From Thecamonas trahens ATCC 50062 (Eukaryota; Protista; Apusomonadida), in the NCBI RefSeq assembly GCF_000142905.1, contig NW_013657658.1, positions 372,001-436,000 on the forward strand: DNA of 64,000 nucleotides, given 5' to 3'. How positions within the stretch are numbered: the first letter of the stretch is position 1; every line of letters starts with the position of its first letter. The translations under genes were made by a program, and so were the position numbers. A model generated the notes under the pieces. It did no database searches and was not told the origin of the DNA. It saw nothing but the letters and a program-made list of their open reading frames with translations. This document shows, piece by piece, positions 45,901 to 57,900 of this stretch.

Positions 45901-48900
45901 TGACGTACCCGCCACCACCATGGCGGGCGGCGGTCGAGTCGCTAACAAGCGTGTCGAGCAGGTTGACGGCGGCAACGGCCGAGGCGACAAATCCACCCCC
46001 ATCGCGGCCAGCTGAGCAACGCGTCAGCTGCGAGGAGTCAAGCCAGAGGCCAGCTTGCGAAGCGCTGGAGACGCAACCGCCGTCGAGGCCCGCGAGCCCG
46101 GCGTCAATGATCGAGTGGGTGACAGTGACGTTACCGACAGGCGCAACGTGAACCGCACCGCCATAGCTCGACGCGGTATGGTTGGAGAGGAGACAGGTGA
46201 TGAGATGCAGATTGCCGCCGTGTGCGACGTACACGCCACCACCCGAGCTCGCCGCAGTATCCAGCGCCATGGCGACGTCGGTAAAGACAGCGCGGGCGCC
46301 GGCACCGTGCGCGCTGGCGCCACCGCCATCACCTGCGCAAGCGTTCGAGTCAAAGACCGAGTCTGAGACAAGCGCGTCGCAGGTAGCGTTTGCCGCAGCC
46401 CAGACCGCAAGGCCTGCGCCGCGGCGGACAGCTTGGTTGGCGATCAGCCGCGAGGTGGCGACAGACAGGCGCGCCACCGACGACAGGCCGTCACCGCTGA
46501 CAAGCATACCGCCACCGTCGCGACCTGCGATACAGCTGGTGACGTTGGTAGCGGTGACGACCACGTCGGCGCCCGCACCGACGCCGATGCCACCGGCATC
46601 CTGGGCGGCGGTGCAGGTGTCGACGAGGGTGTCGTTGACAACGAGCTTAGCGGCCGGACCGCTGGCCCAGAGAGCACCGCCGTCGCCAGCGGAGCATCCG
46701 CGGAGAACAGCAGCAACGAGGGTGAGACTTCCGTTCTCGACGCGGCCACAGCCACCGGCCCCAGAGCCGACGACTGACGCATCGACGAGCGATGACCGCT
46801 GGACAAGACCGCTTCCACCTCCACGAACGTAGAGGCTCCCGCCCGTGACGAGCGCAACATCGGCGAGGGCGGTGACATCGGTCAAGGTAAAGACACCATC
46901 GTAGTCAGCCGAGACACCGCCACCATAGCTAGCGGTGTTGCTCGTCAGTTGCACAGCTTTGAGGAAGAGCGAGGCTGAGAGGCCGTGGGCAGCGGCAGCG
47001 CCGCCGTCGTTGCTCGCGGAGCAACCACGGATGTGGGCATTGGATACGAAAAGTGTGGCACCAAGGGCAGCGACGCCGCCTCCGGAACCACCGGCGGTAC
47101 AGTTGACGAGCTCGGTCGCAGCCGAGAGAGTGACAGCCGAGCCTGCAACAGCAGCAAGGCCACCGCCCGAGTCGGCAGCGACGCAGCGGACAAGGTCCGA
47201 GTCGGCGAGATCGGCCACGCCGGCATCAGCAATCCAGCCACCACCGCCACTTCCGGATGCAAGGCAGTCCGAAGCGACGAGGCGGAGCCCATCCAGGCGG
47301 CCTGCGGTACCAACCCAGAAGCCGCCACCGGCACTTGACGCCAAACACTCCGATAGAGTCGAGTCAGAGGCCGAGACGTTGGCCGCGGCGAGACCGATGC
47401 ACCCGCCGTTGACGGCGCGCGAGGTGACGATGGATGTCGCGGAAGTGAGCGCGACTCGACCGCCGTCGCCGGCACCAAGACCGCCACCGTAACCGGCAGC
47501 GACGTTGTTCTCGAGCAGCGCCGCGTCGAGGATTGGCTGAACACCCGAGGCGGCGTCCTCGATCCAGACGCCACCACCATGCAAAGTAGCGGCACAGGAT
47601 GAGACGTTGGCGCGGACGATGACGGCGCGCGAGTGAGACCAAGCCATGCCGCCGCCGAGTGCCGCCGAGCTGGAGACAACGGTGACGTCGGTCCAGGCCG
47701 AGGACGTCTCGCGGAGGCCAAAGAGACCGCCTCCGCGAGCGGCTGCGTCGCAGTGCGAGACAAACAGGTCCAAGGCAGTGACGTGGGCGTCAACGACAGC
47801 GATGCCGCCGCCATCGGTGCTCGCGACACACGAGAGGACCTGGCTGCTGGTAAGCGTCGCATTGGCAGCCGACGCCAGGTACAGACCACCGCCAGTGGCG
47901 GCAGCCGAGCAGTCGTTGGCCTGAGAGGCCGAGAAAACGAGGACCGAGCCGTTGACCGCAGCCAATGCACCGCCATTGTGCGCCGCAGAGCAGTTGCGGA
48001 CGGTGATTTGCGAGATGTACGCCGAGGCGCAACCATCGAGACCGACGCCGCCGCCCGAGCCAGCCGCGACCGAGTCGGCGACGACCGCCCCGGCGGCAAC
48101 GAGCACACCCGAGTCGGAGCAGGCCAGCGAGCCGCCAAAGGAGGCGCGGCCGACCAGGAGCGACGCACCAAGGAGATCAAGGCGCGAGCCAGCGTCGGTG
48201 ACAGCGACGTTGCCGCCAATGTCAGCCTCGTTGTCGGAGAGGACGACCGAGGCGTGTAGGACAGCGACGGCACCGGCGGCGACACTAACGCCACCCCCGG
48301 AGCTTCCGCGACCAACGTTGTTGGCGCGGATGAGCGTGTTGTCGGCCTCGACCAGCGAGCTGGTGTCGGCGACACGGATGCCGTGGGCGGCATTGGCGAG
48401 GACCTGAGCGCCTTCGTCGAGGCGGAGACTCGCCCCAGCCTCGACGAGCACACCAGACTCGTGGTTGGACGAGACGACGGTGGCATTGAGGATGGCGGTC
48501 GTCACCGGGCCGACAATCCGGATACCGGCAAGCGCATTATCGGTCACCACGGTGGCGGCGGTGGACGTCAGGCGCGCGCCGCCGCTGACATGCACGCCCT
48601 CGGCGGCGGAGCGTGCGACCGAGCCGCGAACTAAGGAGGCAGCAGCGGTATCAGCAACGCACACACCGCGTTCGGCCGCGTCGAGCACATCGAGATCGGC
48701 AAAGTCCAGACTGCCCGAGCCACCCAGCCAGACAGCACAGCTGCCGTTGTTCCGGACAACTGTGGTCCGGTCAAGGTTGCACGAGCCGGCATCTGCGCAG
48801 AGCAGACCACCGGCGGTAATGTAGCCGATGCCGTCGTCAAGCTCCAGGGCGCTGCCAACAAGGAGACCGCGGCTGGTGGCGGCGACGCCACCGCCGCGCG

Positions 48901-51900
48901 GGGCGGCACAGCGCGAAAAGCGCGAAGCATGGAGCTCCAGCCGCGATCCGGCTCCCGAGACCGCGGCACCGCCTCCCGCACCAGCGCCGGAAACGGTGTT
49001 GTGGACAAAGCTGGCGTTGGTGGCAAGGGCAAGGCCGCCGGCACCGACGCCGAGGCCAGCACCGAACACATCAGACGACGAGGCCGATGCGGAGCTCACA
49101 AGCACGTTACCCACCACTGTGCAATGGGTCATGTTGGCGCTTGCAGCCGATGAGTTGACACCGACGCCGGCACCGAAAGCAGTGGCGACGCCGAGGATGT
49201 CGGCGGCGATGATGTTGTCGGCGACGGTGACGCCGCTCAGCTCAAGGGCACCGGCGACAATGCCGATGCCCGCGCCGTAGGCGGCCGGAGGCGCGCCAGC
49301 GCACGGCAGGCCGTTTGCATCGCCGATCCACGAGCCACGCCATGCGCCGCCATAGGCGGCCAGGCTGCCATCGACGACGCCCGAACCGCCGCCCCACTCG
49401 CAGGCGGCAGACTCGGAAATGGTTGCGCCGTAGAGGTCGACGCGAGTGGCAGACGACGAGACGCCGATGCCACCACCAAACGAGGCTGCGGTGCAGTGAG
49501 AGAGCTCCACGCCGACAGCGAGGACATGGCAGCCGTCATCGACGGCCAGACCACCACCAAAGCTTGCGTCGGCGACTGAGTGGAGGACTCGGGTGAGCCG
49601 GAGCTGAAGAGTGGTGCCTGGCGCGGCACAGCCGATACCGCCACCGTGGGCGGCAGTACATGCGTGGACGACACCAGAAGAAGTGCCGATGGCGGCGGTA
49701 GCGGAAGCGTAGAGGCCACCTCCGCGGCCGACTGGGCCGAGCAGAACGAGATGTTCGAGGCGGCGGTCATGTTGAGGACGGCGCCGGCGCCAGCGGCGTA
49801 GAGACCGCCCCCGTTGCCGACACTTGCCGAGCAGCGTGTGACAGCGACCGAGTCGAGCTCGACCAACGAGTTGTTGAGAGCGGCAAAGCCGCCACCGCCA
49901 GCAGCGGTGGCCACACAGTCCGAGATGAGCGAGTCGAGCGCCAAGACGCGGCCGCCCGAGGTGGCGACTGCACCACCGCCGGTCTCGGCCACACACTCGG
50001 TGAGTGAACTGCCGCGTATCTCGAGGATGCCGCCTGCTTCGGCGGCGACGCATCCGCCCAGCGGTGCCGTCGTGCGCGAGACGGCCAGGCCATCGACGAC
50101 GACCGACGATCCAGTCGAGGCCACCAGGCCGCCACCCACAATGACAGCGGTCGCATCGGCACAAGTCGAGTCGGCGAGGACAATCGACGAGGCGCCGTAG
50201 CCAAAGCCGGCGCATCCTCCCGACGCCGCCGATCCGCGAAGAAGTTGCGAGCGGGTGACCGAAACAGCGGCAAAGCTGCCGTAGAGGCAGCCGCCGAGAC
50301 CGCCGCGGGCGTGGTTGTCCTCGCAACGTGAGTTGACCATAATTAGGGTTGCCGGAGTGCCAGCCGAGCCGACAGCAGCAAGACCGCCACCGCCGCGCCC
50401 GGCGGCGAGCGTCTCGCTCACGTTGTTGCGGGCGATGATGGCGGACGAGAGACTGAGCGTACCGCCAGGCCCCACAGCCGCGCCGCCGCCGGTGGAGGAA
50501 GCAACGCACATGGCAATGGTAGAGTTGCCCGTGACGTTAAAGGAGCAACCTGACGCACACCAGCTCCCACCACCAGAGACGCCAGCGACGCAGTTGGTGA
50601 CGAGCGAGCTGTCCGAGAGCACGACGGTGGCATCGGTCTCGGCGCCGATTCCGCCTCCGACTGTAGTGGCGTTACAGTCTGCAAGGCGCGAGGCTGCCAG
50701 CGTGAGGGAGGCGCCACCTTCGACCCAGCCGGCAGCACCCGCGTCGGCGCGTGCATTGGTGAGCGCGAGGCCAGTCGCCGACGCCGCCGCCGCGGTCCCG
50801 ATGTAGAGGCCGCCGCCGCGGGCAGCAGCGTCACATCCGGTGACAGTGCCGTTGGCGAGCAGGAGCGAAGCGCCTTGCTCCGCACAACCACAGCCGCCCA
50901 TGGCGGCTGCGGCAGACGCGACGACAAAGCCGTCGGCAAACTCGAGCCGGCCTGCGCGGGAGACGGCAAATGCACCGCCGCAGCCGGAAGCGACCGATGA
51001 GATGATGCGGCCGCCCGAAACGACAGCGAGGCCGTCAACACCATCGACCAAGAGCCCTGCACCAGTCGTTGCCGAGTTGTTGCGGGCAAGGACGGAGGTC
51101 CAGCGGAGGGTTCCGTTGGCGGCGAGGCCGCAGCCAGCGACAACGTTCAACTCACAGACCGAGTCAAGCGCAACGAGCTCCCCAGCATCGACTGCGGCGA
51201 GAGCGCGGCCACCGGAGCGAGAGACAGTCGAGAGCGTCAGCTGGATGCGCGCGCCAACACCAACAGCCTGCGCGCCACCGGCAGTGTTGGCGTCGACAAG
51301 CGATGCGTTGACCAGAATGCTGCCGTTGACGGCAGAGACGAGACCCCACCCGCCGGAGCGGGCCACCAAAGTGGAGCTCTGGAGGTGGGCCACGCCACCG
51401 GAGCGAACCAAGATGCCACTGTCGACGTTGTCGGTGATGGCAGCGGCGAGGCCGAGCCAGACCGCGTCGACACCGTCAACCTGGACGCCAATGCCGTTGC
51501 GGGCGATGGTGGCGTTGTGGACCTGGGCGAGGCCGCCAGCCGCGAGCCGAACGCCGGCAAGAGTTTGGTTCTCGACCCGGGTGCTCGCGTCAGCGATGTA
51601 CACGAGACCGCCCGTGGCGGCGACCAAGCCGGAGCCGGAGGCGCCAGCAACGACGGCGCCATCGAGGAGGTCGATGCGGCCACCGGTCTCGGCGTAGCCA
51701 GCGTCGCCATCGCCATCACGAAGCGCGGTGCCAACATGGTGGACTATGATACGGCCGCCGTCGACAGCGTGGACAGCTACGCCACCGCGGCCGCGCTCAA
51801 CAACGGTTGCGTTCTCGAGGCGAGCGATGGAGCCTGCGCCCGAGACCAGCACACCGTCACCGCCGTCGGTGGCAGTAATGTGCGCGCCGGCGGCGACGGC

Positions 51901-54900
51901 GAGGCCACCGTCCGAGACGGCAATGGCCGAGCCTTGCGAACCGGTGAGGGCGACGTCGGCAGCGAGGACGACGACGGCGCGTGAGCCGACGACGGTGAGC
52001 GCGGCGCCGGTGTTTGAAGTGACGTTGGCGAGGGTGACGTTGCGGAGCTGGAGTGAGCCGTTGGCGACGACGAGTCCGGCCGGCGAGCCGGTAAGGGTGC
52101 CGCGCTCCAGGACGGCATCGACGCCGCTGCCGATCCAGACGCTCGAGTGCTGGGCGGTAAAGTCGACCATGGTGGCATTGAGGACGCCGTCAGCGACGCC
52201 GACACCGCCACCGGTACCCGCGCCAGCGGAGCACGAGGTAAAGGTGACGTCTGCGACAGAGAGCTGGCCAGCGCTGCCGACCCAGACGGCGCCACCGCCT
52301 GTGGTGGCGGAGCACGAATCAAAGACGACGTTGTCGAGATGCGGCGCGCCGTCACTGATAAGGATGGCACCGCCGTAGTCGACAGACGGCCCACCGCAGT
52401 TGCGGTAGGTAAAGCCACTGATCCTGATGGTGGCCTCGCCGTTCTCAAAGGTGAGCGCACGGCCGGCGAGGCCGCAGTCGATGATGGTGTTTGCGGGCGA
52501 GCCGACGGCCTCTAGGTCGAAGGCCTTGCCGCCAAAGCTGAGGCCGCGGTTGAGCGGGCCGGTGTAAGTGCCGGGGCGGACGAGGACGCGCGAGCCAAAG
52601 CAGGTCACACCCTGGATGCCGCAGTGGAGCGACTTGCACTCACCGACGCACTGGCAGTCGATGCCGTCGTCACCGTTGACGTCGTCGACGACGATGTCGC
52701 TCAGGCAGGTGAGGTCACCGTCGATGCCGCAGAGCGCACAGCGGTTCGGCGGCGAGTTGCCCGAGTACACGTTGCCCGAGCCCAAGACGGTGCCGAAGCG
52801 GTTGCAGTAGATGGCACCACCGAGGGCACCGGCAGTGTTGTCATGGATGGAGGTGTTGGAGATGCTGAGGGTGGCAAACTCAAAGAGGTAGAGGCCACCG
52901 CCCGAGATGCCGGTGTAGCCGCCGGCGATCTCGGCAAAGTCAACTAGGACCTGACCGTAGTTGACTGCGTACCCGTTTCCACCGTAGACCAGCGCCGAGT
53001 TATAACGGAGGACCGAGGATGCATTAAAGGCGACGATGCCGCCAGCCGAGCCGTTGACGGCAAAGCCGCCACCGACGGTGGCGTGGTTGAGCTCGACGAT
53101 GCCGCCAGCGACGACATCGACGCGCCCGCTGTCAGAGACAGCGACACCGCCGCCGATGGTGGCATTGTTGCCGGCGAGTCTTGTCTCGCCCACTACCAGA
53201 AGCGAGCCCGCGCCGGTGACCGAAGCGGCACCGCCCGAGCCGCCTGGAGCAAGACTCTGCAGGATTTCAGAGCCGGACGCCAGCTCGACGACGGCGCCGC
53301 CGCGGACGGCGATGCCGCCGCCGTCGCCGCCGGCGCTGACGACGCAGCTGGCCAGCGCCACGTCTTGGAGCCGCACGCTTGTGGCGGCCCCCGTGACGTA
53401 GACGCATCCGCCTGCTGCAGTGGCAACCGAGCTGGTGATGTTGACGCCGGCAATGAACGAGCCCTCGAGGCCGTCTATCCAGAGCGCACCACCGGCCGAC
53501 GCCGAGGTGTCGCGGATGGCGAGGTCGACGAGCGAAACGTTCACCCGCTCACCGAGGGCGAGGGCGCCACCAACAGAACCAGCTGAGCAGCGGGAGACGA
53601 CGACCGAGTTGATCGAGACCGCCGGGCTGGGGTCTGCGGCTGAGCCCGGGGCGGCGTACACGGCGCCGCCGTCGCCGGAGGTGGTGCAGTCTTCGACGAC
53701 AACGTTGGCGAGGACCGGGCCCGAGGTTGGGCCGATCCAGAACGCACCGCCGTCGCCGGTCACATCGGCGCCGCGGACGGTGAGGGCGGCTACGATGACG
53801 TCGCGGCCGACGCCAGTCAGGTTGAACGCGCGGTGGCCAGACGCGACCGAGAGGTCGAGGACGACGCCGGCGGCGTTCTCTGAGTGGGAGACGATGCGCA
53901 TCGGCTTGCCGTCCGGCACAAACAGGTCGCGGTTGCCGTCACCGGTGTAGACGCCGTCGCGGATGCGGACCTCGAGGCCAGGCGCGACCAGGTTGAGCGC
54001 GCACTGGATGGTGCGGCAGTCGCCCAGACACTTACAGTCTTCGCCGTCGTTGCCGTACACGTTGTCAACGTAGACACGGTCCTGCGAGAACACACATGGC
54101 GAGTCGCCAGACTCGGAGACACACCCAGAGCACACGGCGTCGCCGCCCAAGTTGCCGGTGTGAACGATGGAGGCTGTGGTGAGGTACGACTGCCAGCAGA
54201 AGATGCCGCCGCCCTCGAGCGCCGCCGAGTTGTGTGAGAAGCTGGAAGCGGTGAGGGTGAGAGTGGCGAGGTGGATGTGGATGCCACCACCAAAGTAGGC
54301 GGCTGCGGTGTTGTTGTCGAACGAGATGCCCGAGGCGCCGAGCGAGACGTCATCGCGGATGTACCAGCCACCGCCAGACTCGGCTGAGTTGTGGGCAAAG
54401 TGTGAGTCGGCCACGTAGCCGGTGCTCCCGTTGTAGAAAGCGAGGCCACCGCCGACTGATGCCGCGTTGCGCGACACGTTGACCGACGTGGCAATGACGG
54501 TTGCGTTGTCAAAGAGCGCACCGCCGCCAGCAAGCACGTTGCCGGGGTTGAGCTCGCGACGAGTCGGCTCGAGCGCAAAGGAGTTGGTAGAACCCGAGCC
54601 GCCGTCGTTGCCGACAAGGGTGACGGCGTCGAGCGTGACGGCACCGGCGTTCTGGCCGCCGAATGCCCACACCCCGCCACCACCAGCGCCGCCGATGCAG
54701 TCGACGACGAGCGTCGTGTTGAGCGTCGCGCCCGCCGCCGACTCGATGCCAATGCCGCCGCCGCGTCCTGTCGCGACGCAGGCGACGACGGAGACAGCGT
54801 CGGTGGCAAGGAGCGCACCAGGGCCGACCCACAGACCACCGCCGTCGCCAGCAGTGGCCGAGCAGCTATTAACAACAGAGTCTGCGCCCAACGAGAGCAG

Positions 54901-57900
54901 CGAGGCGCTACCGCTACTGGCCAAACCGCCACCGGAGCTGGCGCTGCACGAGGTGACGTGCAGCCCGAGGCCATCAAGCCGTGCGCCGTCGCCGACAAAG
55001 GCACAGCCACCTGAACCGGATGCGGTAGCGCCTGAGGCAAGGTGCGCGTCGACGAGCGTGAGCAGAGAAGCACTGCCCGAGACACTGACGACGCCACCGG
55101 CTCCGCCTGCGCTTGCCAGCGTACCGTTGAGCCGAGTAGCTGAAACAGTGGCGTTGACGACAGCGAGTGCGCCGCCGTACGCGGTTGCCGAGCAGTTGAA
55201 GAGCGAGACGTCCGTAAAAACGACCGAGCCCGGAGCGGCAACGTGCGAGACCAGGATAGCACCACCCGAGCCGATGACATGCGCGTTGGAGAACGCAACC
55301 GAGTCGAGGGTGGCGTAGCCAGCGTCGACGACGAGGCCACCACGAGCAACGGTGATCTGGGTGAGGAGGAGCGAGCCATGCGCGAGGGCAGCAAAGGCGC
55401 GGCCGCCCATGTCGGTGACTACCACATCGCAGGAATGGGCGTCAACGACCGAATCGGTTCCAACAACCGCCACGGCTCCCTCGGAGCCGGCGGGGTTTGC
55501 AATGACGACATCGACAAGCTCGAGTCGACCAGCGTCAATGGCGAGCAGAGCATGCCCCGGATCGCTTGCGGAGCAGGCCACGACGCGTGTACCGACAAGG
55601 CGGAGAACCGAGGCCGACCCGCCAACGGCAGCGGCGCCGCCGCCACCACCACTGGTAGCAGTGCTCGACTCGATGGCACCGCCAATGAGAATCAGCGGCG
55701 CCGGCGTCACACCTAGTGATGCCCACACACCGCCGCCAAAGAGCGCGGAGCAGCTGGTGGCGGTGAGGTCAGTGATGTTGGTGGCCGAGCCGGCGAGGGC
55801 GCCTCCACGGACCGCGACAGAGCCGGAGACGTCGAGGGCTGCGATGGAGCCGGCGTAGCCGTCGAGGATGACGACGCCGCCACCCGAGTCTGCGGCGGTG
55901 GTGTTGACAAGAGTGGTGTTGACGAGCGCACCGGATGTATCTGCGAGCGCGATGCCGCCCCCGTGGCGGCCGGCCGACGACGCGACGACGACGAGAGCGT
56001 CGACATTTGCCGCAGCTGCGCCTCCAAGCCACATGCCGCCGCCATCGCCTGCGGTGGCGGTCGAGGATGCGATGCTGAGACCGGTGACGTTAAAGGCGCC
56101 ACCCGAGGCCCACACACCGCCGCCGTTGCCGGCAGCAGTACAGTGGGAGATGGTGGCTCCCGACGAGATGACAGAGGAGATGGAGACGGTGGCAAGCAGC
56201 GCAATGCCACCACCGTTTGTGGAAGCAGAGCAGCCGGTGATGGCCACACCCGAGCCCAGGTCAAAGTCGAGGAGGCCTTCCAGGCTCACGCCGCCACCGT
56301 AGGAGGCGGTCGATTCAGAGATGGTGACGTCGTTAGCAGAGCCGCGAGCGCCGGCAGCGATGGCGAGACCACCGCCGCTACCGGCAGCGGCGGCTCCACC
56401 ACGGATAGCAGCGCCCGAGGTGAGGATGATCGATCCAGCGGCCCAGATGCCGCCGCCATTGCCGGCGGCAACGCAAGACGGGCCGACAACAGCACCGTCG
56501 CGGAGAGTGGCCGAGCCGGAAGCGGAGATGGCGATGCAGCCGCCATGGCCAGCCGAGGCCGACCACGAGATGTTGGCCCCGTGGGCGAGGTCAACGAGCG
56601 CGTTGTCGATCCATATCCCGCCGCCGTCACTTGCGGCATCACCCGAGACAAGCACCGAGCCATTGAGCAAGGCGTATCCACCCGAGGTGACGGCGAGAGC
56701 GCCACCGAGACCGTCACTCACACAGCCACGAAGCGTAGCCGAGGTGAGGAGCAGCGTCGAGCTTTCGCCATCGACGAGGACGCAGCCGCCGGCGCTGGAC
56801 GCGCCGCGGGCGCGGCCGTCGAGCAGCGACGAGCCGCCGGAGACAGTGGCGGCAGCGCCAGCACGCACAGCAAGACAGGCGCCGGCGGCCTCGCCGCCCT
56901 GAACGACCGAGGCGTGAAGGACCACGGTGGCGGACGGACCGTAAGCGAGGATGCCTGCACCGTACGCGACCGGACCGTTGTTCACGATGTACGCACCGCG
57001 GACGTCGGCGGAGCCGTTGACGGCGATGCCCGAGCCGGCGTTGGCCTCGAGGCGGCCGCCGGTCATGATGAGCGAGGCGTTGATGGCGACCTCGATGCCA
57101 TGGAGAGCCGAGCCAGCAATGTAGCCACCAGCGGCGACAGTGACGGTTGCGCCTGGGTTAATGACGAGCCCGCTAGAGGTAGAGCGGATGAGCGCACCTG
57201 CAATGGTGGCATTGGCCGACTCGCCGAGCCAGAGGTTGGTGTGAGCCGAGTCGGCGACCTCGCCGCCATTCCCCAGGACGACAATCGACGCGTTCTCGCC
57301 GCGGATGCCGTAGCGCGCCGAGAAGAGAACGCGGCCGCCGGCGGCGACGGTTGCATCGGCACAGCCGTCGGCGACGAGGCCGTCACGGCCCGAGTCGACA
57401 ACAGCCGCCGAGCCGCGGACGGCGACGGCGGCGGCAGAGTAGCAGACGATGCCGTCACTACCGCTGGCTGTCACGTTGCCGCCGTAGAGCGTGATGCGCC
57501 CGGCGGTCCCAGCCCAGATGCCATGCCGAAGGTTGGCAGCAATGGCGGCGTCGTCGTGCACCTCGAGCGCACCGCTGGCCAGGACGACAACGCCGTCGAG
57601 CCCGTTTCGCGTGATGAAGCTGCTCGGGCCGGCGACAAGTGTGGGCGTGCCGGAGGGACCTTCGACCACCAGCCCGTTGCGGGCATTGGCTTCGATGGTG
57701 CCCGCGGTCATGTTGAGGAGCGCACCGACGCCGACAACGTAGAGTCCGTCGCCAGTAGCGCCAGAAACACGGCCGCCAGCCAAGTCAAAGACACTGACAA
57801 GACCAGCGGTGCCATCGACGGTGACAGCGGCGCCGCGGACGGATCCAGACGAGGCCGAGACGCTGCCGAGTAGGCCGAGGACGGCGCGCCCGCCGCGGAC

